A stretch of 64,000 nucleotides of DNA from an uncultured Gemmatimonadaceae bacterium (GCA_963761305.1 CAVXGK010000002.1:1504001-1568000), one strand, 5' to 3'. Counted from the first letter of the stretch, positions 24,185-33,390 are shown. A program made the numbers and translations. The notes: generated by a model from the sequence alone, not told the origin.

Positions 24185-26548
24185 ATGCACGACGCTCGTT
24201 ACGCCTTTCGCTCTCTTCGCAAACAGCCGGGCTTCACCGCCCTCGCGCTGATCACGCTCGCCCTCGGTATCGGCGCGACGACGACGGCGTTCGCGGTGCT
24301 CGACACCGTGCTGCTGCGCCCGTTGCCGTACGCCAATCCCGATCGACTCGTCTTGCTGCGAGAGAAGACGAGCACCGGTGCCGTGCAATCGGCGTCGTAT
24401 CCCAACTTCAACGACTGGCGCGCGCGCGCGCGGTCGTTCAGCGGTATCGCCTCGGAGCAGTTCCCACAGGCGTTCACCGTCGCCGTCGGGGCCAACGTCT
24501 CGCGCGCCGTCACCGTCGGCGTGTCGCGCGCCTTCTTCGCGATCCTCGGCGTGCCACCCATCGTCGGGCGCGAGTTCACGGCTGACGAGAACCGTCTGGG
24601 TGGATCGCCGGTGGTGATGGTCTCATATGACTTCTGGCAAACCCAGATGAACGGGCGCCAACCGCTCGGGACGATTCGGGTGGGCGGCGACGTCGCAATG
24701 GTGGTCGGCGTGGCGCGCCCCGGGTTCCGATTCATCGACGACGCCGACTTGTACTATCCGCACGAACAGTCGCCGGGCACCTGCCGCAGCTGCCGCAACT
24801 ATCGCGTCATCGGACGCTTGGCTCCAGGCACCACGATCGCATCCGCACACGCCGAGATGTCCACCTTGTCGCGCGCGTTGCTGGCGACGTACGGCACCGA
24901 GACGTCCGCCGTCGACGCCGACATCGCGCCGCTTCGCGACTACATTGTCGGCCGCTACTCGCTGACGTTCATCGTGGTGCTCGCCGCCGCGGCGCTCGTG
25001 CTGCTCGTCGCGTGCACGAACCTGGTGAGCGCGCAGCTCGCCCGCGGACTCTCGCGCGGGCGCGAGCTCGCGGTGCGCGCTGCTCTGGGCGCGCCGCGTG
25101 GACGACTCGTGCGACAGCTCTTCCTCGAGAGCGCTTTTCTCTCGGTTGCCGGCACCGCGCTCGGCGCCGTGCTGGCCGTGGTGTTCACGCACGTCGTGCG
25201 CCTGCTCGGCGTGGGGCTGGTCCCGCGGCTCGAAGAGCTGCACGTCGACACAGGAGTTCTCGCGTTCGCCGTCGCGCTCAGCGTGGCGACGTCGCTGCTC
25301 ATCGGCTTCTATCCCGCGCTTCGCTTGGCCGCCGGCGATCCGGGCTCGCTCCTCCACGGCGCGCGCGGCTCGAGCGGAACGGTTCGCGCGTCGGTCTGGC
25401 GAGTGCTCGTCGGATTCGAGGTTGCGACGGCCATGGTGCTACTCGTCGGATCGGCGCTGCTCGTACGCACGATGCGCAACATTCTCACGGCCGACACCGG
25501 ACTTCAGGTGCACGGGGTCGTCACCGCGTCGCTCGTGCCGGACGACACAATCGACATGGGCAAGCTCGCGCACCTCGGCGGTGAGCTGGCGAGTCTGCCC
25601 GGCGTGAGCGGCGTCGCGTTCGCGAATCACCTGCCACTCGACTGGGGCAGCACCGCTGGTCCGGTGCGTCGTACGACCGACCCGGTCGACCACGACTTTC
25701 CCGCGATGGCCGGATTTCGTCTCGTGTCGAGCGGCTACTTCGACGTCATGCGCCAACCGCTGTTGCGCGGTCGCGCATTCACCAACGCAGATCGCGACGG
25801 CGCGCCGATGGTCGCGATCGTCACTCCGGGCATCGCCAACGCGTTGTGGCCGGGGCGCAATCCGATCGGCGAGCGCATCATCACGAACTACTTGTGGAAT
25901 CAGGTGCTGACGGTGGCCGGTGTCGCGACCGAAGCATCCATTTGGAATTCGCCGCGCGGCGAGCAGAACGAGATCTACGTGCCGCTCGCCCAGCATCCGA
26001 CGCGCACCGAAGGCCGGCTCGTCGCGTTCGTGCGCACGATGCGCGACCCGGCCGCAACGATTCCGGCGATTCGCGCGCGCTTGCACGAGGTCGCACCGAT
26101 GATGCCCGCCAAACTCGCCACGCTCGATGAACGCGTCGCGCAGAGCGCCGCCGACCGCAAGTTCTCGATGGTCGCGCTCACGATCTTCGGCGGTATCGCA
26201 CTCATCCTCGCCGGCATCGGCATCTACGGCACCATGTCGTACACCGTCGCCGCGCGCACCCACGACATCGGCATCCGTCTCGCGCTCGGGGCGACGCCGT
26301 TCCAGATCCGGTCGGCCGAGTTGAGCGACGCGGGGTCGGTGGCGCTCGCCGGGATCGTCGTGGGCGTGAGCGTCGGTCTGTTCGCGACGCGATTCGTCGA
26401 AGCGAGCCTCTACGGCGTGAGCCGAGTCGATCCGCTAGCGTATCTCGCGGCGTCGGGAATCGTGTTCGTCGCGGCGCTCGTCGGGGCGTACGTTCCGTCG
26501 CGTCGATCCAGCCGGGTCGACCCGCTCCGGGCACTCCGCGCCGAGTAG
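24185..26548 (+). CDS. ADOP family duplicated ABC permease (no N-terminal prefix domain)
   Basis: DARYAFRSLRKQPGF, LALGIGATT, RGRELAVRAALGA, RTHDIGIRLALGA, RVDPLRALRAE. Confidence 0.93.
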   Translation: MHDARYAFRSLRKQPGFTALALITLALGIGATTTAFAVLDTVLLRPLPYANPDRLVLLREKTSTGAVQSASYPNFNDWRARARSFSGIASEQFPQAFTVAVGANVSRAVTVGVSRAFFAILGVPPIVGREFTADENRLGGSPVVMVSYDFWQTQMNGRQPLGTIRVGGDVAMVVGVARPGFRFIDDADLYYPHEQSPGTCRSCRNYRVIGRLAPGTTIASAHAEMSTLSRALLATYGTETSAVDADIAPLRDYIVGRYSLTFIVVLAAAALVLLVACTNLVSAQLARGLSRGRELAVRAALGAPRGRLVRQLFLESAFLSVAGTALGAVLAVVFTHVVRLLGVGLVPRLEELHVDTGVLAFAVALSVATSLLIGFYPALRLAAGDPGSLLHGARGSSGTVRASVWRVLVGFEVATAMVLLVGSALLVRTMRNILTADTGLQVHGVVTASLVPDDTIDMGKLAHLGGELASLPGVSGVAFANHLPLDWGSTAGPVRRTTDPVDHDFPAMAGFRLVSSGYFDVMRQPLLRGRAFTNADRDGAPMVAIVTPGIANALWPGRNPIGERIITNYLWNQVLTVAGVATEASIWNSPRGEQNEIYVPLAQHPTRTEGRLVAFVRTMRDPAATIPAIRARLHEVAPMMPAKLATLDERVAQSAADRKFSMVALTIFGGIALILAGIGIYGTMSYTVAARTHDIGIRLALGATPFQIRSAELSDAGSVALAGIVVGVSVGLFATRFVEASLYGVSRVDPLAYLAASGIVFVAALVGAYVPSRRSSRVDPLRALRAE

Positions 26549-26562
26549 CCCGGCGAGGGCGA

Positions 26563-26588
26563 GAAACTTTGAGCCGGCGTTTGCCGTC
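26563..26588 (+). promoter_or_regulatory. Candidate ECF-type promoter
   Basis: GAAAC-N17-CGTC upstream of ATG 26603. Confidence 0.3.
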
Positions 26589-26602
26589 ATGGACGGCGAC
26601 GC

Positions 26603-27286
26603 ATGAACACAGACGCCGTTCGCTCAATCGTCACCTACGCGCTCGCCCTGGGCGCGGGGTTTGCCTTCGCGCGACAATGCCGCAAGCCCAGGTGGTTCCT
26701 GGGCCGGCTGGTGCTCGCGCAAATGAACGCCGGTCACGCGGGGCTCACCGCGTGGGGTCTCAGCCACCTACGGATCGAAAAGACTTCGAGAGTGCTCGAC
26801 GTCGGCTGCGGCGGCGGCAAAACGATCGCCGCCCTCTCGGGGATGGCCACGAGCGGCAAAATCTCCGGCATCGACTATTCGGCCGCGAGCGTCGCGGCGT
26901 CTCGCCGACTCAACGCGGCGCGCATTTCCGAGGGTCGCGTCGACGTCCAGCAGGCGTCCGTATCGAACCTTCCATTTCCGCCGGAGACCTTCGACATCGT
27001 CAGCGGCATCGAGACGCACTACTACTGGCCGAATTTGTCGAGCGACGTGAAGGAGATTCTCCGCGTCTTGAAGCCGGGCGGGACGTTGATGATCCTCGCC
27101 GAGACGTACAAAGGACGATCATATGATTGGCTTTTTCGTCCGGTGATGACCGGACTGCTCGGCGCGACGTACCTGACCGTCGACGAACATCGCGAACTGT
27201 TGTCGGCAGCCGGTTTTGCCGACGTGCAAGTCTCGGTCGAGCGCGACAAGGGCTGGATTTGCGCCGTGGGCCGCCGGCCGGCGTAG
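26603..27286 (+). CDS. Class I SAM-dependent methyltransferase
   Basis: QCRKP, VLDVGCGGG, GIDYS, LPF..ETFD, ETHYYWP, RVLKPGG. Confidence 0.92.
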   Translation: MNTDAVRSIVTYALALGAGFAFARQCRKPRWFLGRLVLAQMNAGHAGLTAWGLSHLRIEKTSRVLDVGCGGGKTIAALSGMATSGKISGIDYSAASVAASRRLNAARISEGRVDVQQASVSNLPFPPETFDIVSGIETHYYWPNLSSDVKEILRVLKPGGTLMILAETYKGRSYDWLFRPVMTGLLGATYLTVDEHRELLSAAGFADVQVSVERDKGWICAVGRRPA

Positions 27287-27301
27287 CGCCGAGGCGTTGC
27301 G

Positions 27302-27961
27302 CTACTCGTCCGGCGGTCGGCTAGCTCTCGCGTCGAGCGTTCGCACGACCGCCGCGCTGCGCGTGCGCATGGCGGCATCCGGCGCCGTTCCGCTGGCGAT
27401 GTCCTGCTCGACCGCCAGCCGCATGTTCGCGAACTCCGCGTCGGGAGCGCGACGCGCCAGTAGCGGCTCGAGCGACGACACAGCGACGTCGGCCGAGACG
27501 CGGCGCGCGACGAGATCCGCGAGCACGACGAGCGGCATCACGAGACGATCCGGTTTCGGCGCGCTGGCACCTGCACGATCGCACCCGATCAGTGCCACGT
27601 GGCCAAGCTGACCGGGAGTCACTCCCGCGTGCAACGCGCTGGCCGCCGCGACGGTCTCGGCGCTCCCTGCGCACCCTTTCAGCGTGCTTCGGGCGACGTC
27701 CAACTCTCCGAGCAGTCGGCGCACTGCGTCGACGATGCGCGTGCTGTCGGCGCCCTTGAGCGCACCCTCGGCCGCCTTTGAGAACAACGGCTCGGCTGGA
27801 AGACCGCGCGCGCGCGCCGAATCGGCGAGTCGATTGACGGCCGCCTCGACGCCTGCGGGCAGTCGCGGCGTCACCGACACGGCGGATGGCACGCTCTGCG
27901 CGCGAGCGATAGTCGGAATCGCCACGAACAACGCCGCGCTCGCCAGTCCAACTCGATTCAT
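27302..27961 (-). CDS. Secreted helical hypothetical protein, last gene of the ECF operon
   Basis: Signal peptide ending ARAQ; ARARGLPAEPLFSKAAEGALKG motif. Start at 27961 or 27985. Confidence 0.7.
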   Translation of the reverse strand: MNRVGLASAALFVAIPTIARAQSVPSAVSVTPRLPAGVEAAVNRLADSARARGLPAEPLFSKAAEGALKGADSTRIVDAVRRLLGELDVARSTLKGCAGSAETVAAASALHAGVTPGQLGHVALIGCDRAGASAPKPDRLVMPLVVLADLVARRVSADVAVSSLEPLLARRAPDAEFANMRLAVEQDIASGTAPDAAMRTRSAAVVRTLDARASRPPDE

Positions 27962-27984
27962 TTCGAATACCGAGCGCCATCGCA

Positions 27985-28500
27985 TCAGTCGCTCCCTTTT
28001 CCTGGTTCGGGCACCACGATCACGGAGCCTGGAACGCCGAAGTCATCTTCCACCGCGCGCGGCGCGGCCGCGTCGGCGCGCAACGCGCCATCGATCGAGA
28101 AGGCGAACACGTGGCGACCCGGTTGGAGACGGACGTCGACGATCCATACATCGCTCGATCCGCGACGCATCGGCACCGCGGACGGATTCCAGCCGTCGAA
28201 GTCGCCGACGAGCGATACCTGTTTCGCGCTCGGCGCCGACACGGCAAAACGCACCTTGTCCGCGCCTTGTCTTGCGGTCAGCTGCTCGATGCCGACCGCC
28301 CCGCACAGCGCCGCGGCGATTCCAACCGGCAGCCATACACGGACGAGCGACCGCCGAGGCCGCGGAGTCGACGCGACCTGTGCGAGCAGATCGTCGCGCC
28401 ATGCGGCGCGCACGGGCTCCGGTCGCTGCAAGACTCTCGCGGCGCGCTCGACCACCGGATCCATCGATTCCTCCGCTTCGTTCGATCTATGATCGGTCAT
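27985..28500 (-). CDS. Putative anti-sigma factor with C-terminal CBM48/AMPK-type glycogen-binding domain
   Basis: Short cytoplasmic N-terminus, one TM helix, then VRFAV.APSAKQVSLVGDFDGW...W...L.PGRHVFAFSIDG...DDFG..GSVI; overlaps the sigma gene. Confidence 0.75.
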   Translation of the reverse strand: MTDHRSNEAEESMDPVVERAARVLQRPEPVRAAWRDDLLAQVASTPRPRRSLVRVWLPVGIAAALCGAVGIEQLTARQGADKVRFAVSAPSAKQVSLVGDFDGWNPSAVPMRRGSSDVWIVDVRLQPGRHVFAFSIDGALRADAAAPRAVEDDFGVPGSVIVVPEPGKGSD

Positions 28501-29035
28501 CGATTCTCGCTCCTTCCTCGAGCAGGATCTTGAGGCGTTCGCACGCCCGCTTCACCCGCATCTTGAGCGCCGACACTCCGGCACCCGTGGCCTTGGCCAT
28601 CTCTTCGTAACTCAACTCTTCAACGTGCCGAAGCAGGAACGCTTCGCGCTGTTCAGCCGGAAGCGCGGCCATCGCCCATTCGATCTCATCGCGAAGCTCG
28701 TACGCTCGTCCATCGTCGGCCACGAACGAAACCGCCAGCGCGTCCGCATCAGCCACGACGCGACGCTCGCGCCGAACACGTTGACCCATGAGAGTCCGGC
28801 ATCGATTGATGAGAATCGCGAACAACCACGTGCGAAACGGAAGCCGTGCGTCGTACGCCGCCAGCGCCCGGTGCGCGCGCAGAAACGATTCCTGCGCCGC
28901 GTCCTCGGCGTCGGCCCGGTCGCCCAACATGCGCGTCGCGTACCGCAGACACGCGGGCGCGTGACGATCGACCAGCTCGGTGAAGGCTCGTGTGTCGCCA
29001 TCGAGAGTACTCCGCACCAATTCGGCATCCGTCAT
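28487..29035 (-). CDS. ECF RNA polymerase sigma factor
   Basis: AFTELVDRH, DAEDAAQESFLRA, FRTWLFAILINRC (region 2); LPAEQREAFLLRHVEELSYEEMA..G..ALKMRVKRA (region 4). Confidence 0.95.
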   Translation of the reverse strand: MTDAELVRSTLDGDTRAFTELVDRHAPACLRYATRMLGDRADAEDAAQESFLRAHRALAAYDARLPFRTWLFAILINRCRTLMGQRVRRERRVVADADALAVSFVADDGRAYELRDEIEWAMAALPAEQREAFLLRHVEELSYEEMAKATGAGVSALKMRVKRACERLKILLEEGARIDDRS

Positions 29036-29045
29036 TCCGATTGGT

Positions 29046-29074
29046 GGTACCTCACTAGAGCGGCCGAGCGTCAC
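29046..29074 (-). promoter_or_regulatory. Putative ECF promoter of the sigma gene
   Basis: GTGACG-N17-GGTACC on the minus strand; same motif as at 30130 and 30171. Confidence 0.55.
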
Positions 29075-30108
29075 TGGACGACGAATATTCCCACCTCGCC
29101 GGCGAAATCGTCGTCGACCGGCGTGAGGCCTGGCGGTGCCAGCCACCGGCCGCCGTCGACGCGAATGTTGGCGTGATGCAGCCCGGCCGCGGCCGGCAGC
29201 TCCACGATCCAACCGTCGACCGTGCGCTGCATCGACACCGGCTTCCATTGGGTGCAATCCGACGCGAATTCCACGGCGTCGGCGCCCGATACACGAATCG
29301 TGATGCGAATTCGGCCCGGCGCGCTCGCCGAGACGACGAACGCTCGCGGCGCCGTCGTCGACCTCGGCCGTTCGCTCGATCCGTGCGAGAAGATCGCCGC
29401 GTTGAAGCCGAAGCCGAGGGTCACGGTGCCTCGTCCAATCTGTTGATTGCCCGCGGAGACGAACCGCGACGCCGTCGCGGCGCCGAGCAACAACGATGCG
29501 CCGGGGCCAAGTTCCGCACCGAGCTGCAAGCCGCCCCACAGGCCGGCGCCCTGCTGCGCGACTGCTACGCGTCCGGCGAGCGCGGTGACCCACCAGCGGT
29601 CCTCTCGCCACGTGAGTCGTGTCTCGGCGGACGACCACCGCGTCGCGTCCGATGCCGACGTGTCGAACACCGCGACATCTGACGTATCGGCGTGGAGGCG
29701 CTGAAGCGAGTCGCGCGTGAAAGTCACTTGCTGAACCAGTCGTGGAGCCTTGAACTGGCGCGAAACGTTCGTTCCAGCACCGATGCGCGTCGCAACGTCG
29801 ATGTGGTTCCATGCGTACGACAGGCCGTACTGCATTGCCGACCGCGGCCCGGCGATCGCGATGCGCAACGGACCGACGACCTGCGCATCGAGCCCGAACG
29901 ACGGCGCTACGTCGCAACCGACGTGCGAGCATTGAACGGCGCTGCCGAAAACGCCAAGCGCGGAATGCGCCGACTCGGCGCCGCTCGGCCAGAGCTGCGC
30001 TACCGGGTTGAACACGGCTTGCGCGTTCGACGCGGTGGGCCATGCGCTCGCCAGAACCACGATCCCACGCGACGCGCGGCGGCTCCAACGATTCACGAAA
30101 GGTTTCAA
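29071..30108 (-). CDS. Secreted or outer-membrane beta-rich protein with C-terminal CBM48-like glycogen-binding domain
   Basis: GAGGAG RBS 6 nt before TTG at 30108; signal peptide; amphipathic beta strands; C-terminal ADAVEFASDCTQW.P...W...GLHHANIRVDGG.W.APPG...DDFAGEVG. Confidence 0.7.
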   Translation of the reverse strand: MKPFVNRWSRRASRGIVVLASAWPTASNAQAVFNPVAQLWPSGAESAHSALGVFGSAVQCSHVGCDVAPSFGLDAQVVGPLRIAIAGPRSAMQYGLSYAWNHIDVATRIGAGTNVSRQFKAPRLVQQVTFTRDSLQRLHADTSDVAVFDTSASDATRWSSAETRLTWREDRWWVTALAGRVAVAQQGAGLWGGLQLGAELGPGASLLLGAATASRFVSAGNQQIGRGTVTLGFGFNAAIFSHGSSERPRSTTAPRAFVVSASAPGRIRITIRVSGADAVEFASDCTQWKPVSMQRTVDGWIVELPAAAGLHHANIRVDGGRWLAPPGLTPVDDDFAGEVGIFVVQ

Positions 30109-30129
30109 GACACGCTCCTCGCTACGCCG

Positions 30130-30158
30130 TATACCCAGGCATTCCGCAAGAAAGTCAC
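30130..30158 (-). promoter_or_regulatory. Putative ECF promoter (leftward)
   Basis: GTGACT-N17-GGTATA on the minus strand. Confidence 0.6.
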
Positions 30159-30170
30159 ATCCGCGCTGCG

Positions 30171-30198
30171 GTGACTCCGGCTGACGGGCCGAGGTATC
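30171..30198 (+). promoter_or_regulatory. Putative ECF promoter (rightward)
   Basis: GTGACT-N16-GGTATC on the plus strand. Confidence 0.6.
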
Positions 30199-30240
30199 AC
30201 TCGGCGTCGTCGATGCAACCATCTCACTGCCGGAGGAAGT

Positions 30241-30819
30241 ATGAATCGTGTTGTGACGAGCCGGGCCGCGACGTTGATGACCGCGGCGCTTGTCGTGATC
30301 ATCGCGGCCTGCAGCGACAGCGGCTCGCAGGCCAACCTCACCGGACCGAACCCCAGCGTCTCGACGGGAAGCCCCGGCGATTCGGGCAAGACCGGGACGG
30401 GCAATCCCGGCAGTCCACCGGCAGGACACCCCGACACCAACACTACCAGTACGCCGGCGCCGAAGCCCGTCGCGAGTTTTACGATGCTCGTACATGTCGG
30501 GTCAGTGCTTCCGGGCGCCGCCGATACATTGACGACGAATCCGATTCCTGGCGCAACGGTCTCGATCTTTCAGCAAACGTTCGTGCCGGGCAATCCGCCG
30601 GGCGGGGGCGCCGACACGCTCAACACAGTGCAGACGCTGGTCGCGTCGGGCGTCGTGGACGCGAGCGGCAATTTCAGCGCGCCGAATCTCAAGGGCGCGG
30701 CGGTGTACGTGATCAAGGTCGCCCCGCCCGCGGGCAGCACCTACCAGCCGGCGACGACGTACATCAATGAGGCGTTCGCCGATCTGGTGAAGATCTCGGT
30801 CACGCTGTTCGGGAAATGA
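30241..30819 (+). CDS. Lipoprotein with Pro/Gly/Thr linker and a beta-sandwich-like domain
   Basis: GGAGG RBS; lipobox IAAC; low-complexity linker; IPGATVSIF...DASGNFSAPNL..YVIKV.PP. Confidence 0.75.
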   Translation: MNRVVTSRAATLMTAALVVIIAACSDSGSQANLTGPNPSVSTGSPGDSGKTGTGNPGSPPAGHPDTNTTSTPAPKPVASFTMLVHVGSVLPGAADTLTTNPIPGATVSIFQQTFVPGNPPGGGADTLNTVQTLVASGVVDASGNFSAPNLKGAAVYVIKVAPPAGSTYQPATTYINEAFADLVKISVTLFGK

Positions 30820-30887
30820 GCGGGGCTTGACGGCATCGCTGTCAGGCCGTCATGCTGTCGGGCAGCCAGCTCACTCCCGGAGTCCGC

Positions 30888-31154
30888 GTGATCTTCATGA
30901 TCGTCGAGCACTATCTAGACGGCGACCCCAAGCCCGTGTACGACCGATTCCGCAAACGCGGCCGCCTCGCGCCGGACGGTTTGCGATACGTCAACAGTTG
31001 GGTGACACCGGATCTCGCCCGCTGTTACCAGGTCATGGAGTGCGACGATCGCGCGCTGCTCGACGAGTGGATTCGCGCGTGGGAGGACATCGTCGAATTC
31101 GAGATCCATCCCGTCATCAGCTCGGCCGAAGCGGCGGCTCGAGTGCCGGCGTAA
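30888..31154 (+). CDS. DUF3303 family protein
   Basis: FMIVEHY, VYDRFRKRGRLAPDGLRYVNSWV, RCYQVMECDD, W.DIVEFEIHPV. Confidence 0.85.
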   Translation: MIFMIVEHYLDGDPKPVYDRFRKRGRLAPDGLRYVNSWVTPDLARCYQVMECDDRALLDEWIRAWEDIVEFEIHPVISSAEAAARVPA

Positions 31155-31178
31155 GGCCGAGCCGGCAGGCCCTGGCGC

Positions 31179-31207
31179 TTGACTGGCTCCCCTCGCGCGC
31201 CTAGCGT
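31179..31207 (+). promoter_or_regulatory. Sigma-70 promoter of the ankyrin gene
   Basis: TTGACT-N17-TAGCGT. Confidence 0.65.
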
Positions 31208-31212
31208 GCGAC

Positions 31213-31342
31213 GCAGCGCGAGGGGCGCATCCAGTCCGCGGAAAGGGCCATGCCCACCCGTCAGTTCGACAATCGAGAGTCTACGAACTCCTTCACGCCT
31301 GACACGAGCGGACTCCAGGCGAACTCTTGAAAGGAGCTTCGT
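31213..31342 (+). promoter_or_regulatory. Structured 5' leader with alternative SD-sequestering fold
   Basis: 31283-31301 pairs with 31316-31342 (covering AAGGAG); the competing pairings are 31233-39/31308-14 and 31260-64/31299-303. Confidence 0.5.
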
Positions 31343-32692
31343 ATGGATACGCTGCCGCTTCCGCCGTCGCCCAGTCTCGAGCAGTACAGAAAACGGGCGA
31401 AGGCCCTCGCCACCGCTGCCGAATCGAGCGACCCGTCCGCCGTCCGCGAATGGGCGCGCGGGTGGCTCGAGTCGCTGGCCAAGTCGCTCGGCGCGGAGAT
31501 GTCACCATTCGTGCGTGACAGCATCGATCGCGCCGGCGCGCACATTCAACGGCGCGTTTTGGAGCTCAGCGACGGACGCGCGTCGAAGCCGTTTACACTC
31601 GCTGACGCGCAGTATCTCATCGCCGAAGCGCACAGCTTCGACAGTTGGAGTGCGTTCGCCGCACACGTCGAAGAAGCCGAGGGCACACGAGCGCCGCAGG
31701 ATGATTTCGAGAGAGCCGCCGACGCGGTCGTCAACGGCGATTTGCCGGCGCTTCAGTCGCTGGTTCGCGCGCATCCCGACCTGACACGCGCGCGGGCGAA
31801 GCGCGTCCACCACGCGACGCTGCTCCACTACGTCGCCGCGAACGGCGTCGAGGACTTCCGGCAAACGACGCCGAAGAACGCCGTAGCGATCGCGCGGTTT
31901 CTGTTGGAATCCGGCGCGGAGCCAGACGCGTTCGCCGACACGTATGACGGCGGATATTGGCAAACGACCATGAATCTGCTCGTTTCGAGCGCGCATCCGG
32001 CGGCTGCGGGACTGCAAGGGGCGCTCGTGGACGCGCTCGTGGACTTTGGCGCGAAGCCGAACGGCGTGAAGGACGACGAGTCGCCCATCATGACCGCGCT
32101 CGACTTCGGCTACTCCGAGCCGGCCGAGACGCTCGTCAGGCGCGGTGCGCGCGTCGACACCGTCGTCACCGCCGCGTCCCTCGGCCGAACCGACTTGTTG
32201 CGTCGTTTCGTGACCGACAGGAACGCCGTCGCCCCCGGAGTTCCGCTCGTCGGACCCGCATGGCGGAAACTCCCCAACGAAGCGACGCCGCACATCGAGC
32301 TCGCTTTGGCGTGGGCGTGCAAGTTTGGTCGCTCCGATGCCGCCGAATTCCTTCTCGACCTTGGCGTCAACCCCGTGTCGAAAGACGGATACGACATGAC
32401 GGCGCTCCACTGGGCGGCAGCCAACGGCTTGGCCGACGTCGTTCACCGTCTCATTTCACTTGGCGCGCCGCTCGAGCTGAAGAACCGATGGCAAGGAACC
32501 GTGCTCGACTCTACGATCCACTTCGCCATCCACATGCCGGTGAGGGGTGTCGACTATCCGGCGATGCTCGACGCACTGATCGCGGCGGGAGCGGACGTGA
32601 ACGCAGTGTATCCGTCCGGCAATGAGCGAATCGACGCGCAGCTGCGACGTCACGGAGCTGGCAGTTCACGGAACTCGAACACACAAACGTGA
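31343..32692 (+). CDS. Ankyrin repeat protein with N-terminal LPxxPSLEQxRKxAK helical domain
   Basis: TLLHYVAANGVE, TALHWAAANG and other ankyrin-like repeats; N-terminal LPPSPSLEQYRKRAKAL...LADAQYLIAEAHSF.SW. Confidence 0.88.
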   Translation: MDTLPLPPSPSLEQYRKRAKALATAAESSDPSAVREWARGWLESLAKSLGAEMSPFVRDSIDRAGAHIQRRVLELSDGRASKPFTLADAQYLIAEAHSFDSWSAFAAHVEEAEGTRAPQDDFERAADAVVNGDLPALQSLVRAHPDLTRARAKRVHHATLLHYVAANGVEDFRQTTPKNAVAIARFLLESGAEPDAFADTYDGGYWQTTMNLLVSSAHPAAAGLQGALVDALVDFGAKPNGVKDDESPIMTALDFGYSEPAETLVRRGARVDTVVTAASLGRTDLLRRFVTDRNAVAPGVPLVGPAWRKLPNEATPHIELALAWACKFGRSDAAEFLLDLGVNPVSKDGYDMTALHWAAANGLADVVHRLISLGAPLELKNRWQGTVLDSTIHFAIHMPVRGVDYPAMLDALIAAGADVNAVYPSGNERIDAQLRRHGAGSSRNSNTQT

Positions 32693-32797
32693 CCACCGAC
32701 CCCGCGTTGCCGCCGCCTCACACGCCGAGCGTGCGGCCCGGAGGGACTCGGAAGTGGACTCTGAGATGTCGCGAGTTCTGGACGAGTGGCGCGCATG

Positions 32798-32813
32798 GGG
32801 CGCGGTCCTTGCA
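32798..32813 (+). promoter_or_regulatory. Candidate sigma-54 promoter
   Basis: GGGCGCGGTCCTTGCA (GG-N10-GC) about 80 nt upstream of the VOC gene. Confidence 0.3.
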
Positions 32814-32895
32814 GCCGACGACACCGCTCGTACCGAGCGTCGTTCGACGCGATGCGACGACGTGGCTACTCCACCGACCCCTCAGGAGACTCACA

Positions 32896-33390
32896 ATGGC
32901 GACAGCGAAGCGAGCAGTACCGGAAGGACTGCACACCGTCACCCCCGCGCTCACACTCGACGACGCGACGAAAGCGATCGACTGGTACAAGCGCGCGTTC
33001 GGCGCCGAGGAGAAATCGCGGGCCGTCGGTCCTGACGGCAAGATTCTCCACGCCGAGATCAGCATCGGCAACTCCCACATCATGCTGCACGACGTGATGG
33101 CGGGCGGGAAGTCCGCGAAGGCACTCGGCGGGTCGCCGATCGGCCTTTGGGTTTACGTCGAAGACGCCGATGCGCTCTATGAGCGCGCGACGACCGCCGG
33201 CGCGAAGACCGCCGACGGACCGATGGGGGAGCTGCAGGATCAGTTCTGGGGCGATCGGTGCGGCTCGGTGATCGATCCCGAAGGCTACACGTGGACGATC
33301 GCCACGCGAAAGGAAGACCTGACGCCCGAAGAGATGAAGACGAGACAGGATGCGTGGATGGAGCAGTTTGCGGCGCAGTCAACGCACTAG
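32896..33390 (+). CDS. VOC/glyoxalase (PhnB-like) family protein
   Basis: AGGAG RBS; PEGLHTVTP.L, AIDWYKRAFGA, ILHAEI.IG, DQFWGDR.G...DP.GY.W. Confidence 0.92.
   Translation: MATAKRAVPEGLHTVTPALTLDDATKAIDWYKRAFGAEEKSRAVGPDGKILHAEISIGNSHIMLHDVMAGGKSAKALGGSPIGLWVYVEDADALYERATTAGAKTADGPMGELQDQFWGDRCGSVIDPEGYTWTIATRKEDLTPEEMKTRQDAWMEQFAAQSTH

Noticed and set aside
28487..30088. 533-aa ORF as an N-terminally extended sigma factor
   Set aside because: The upstream 351 codons overlap the CBM48 gene in another frame; sigma homology starts at Met 29035, which has its own promoter motif.
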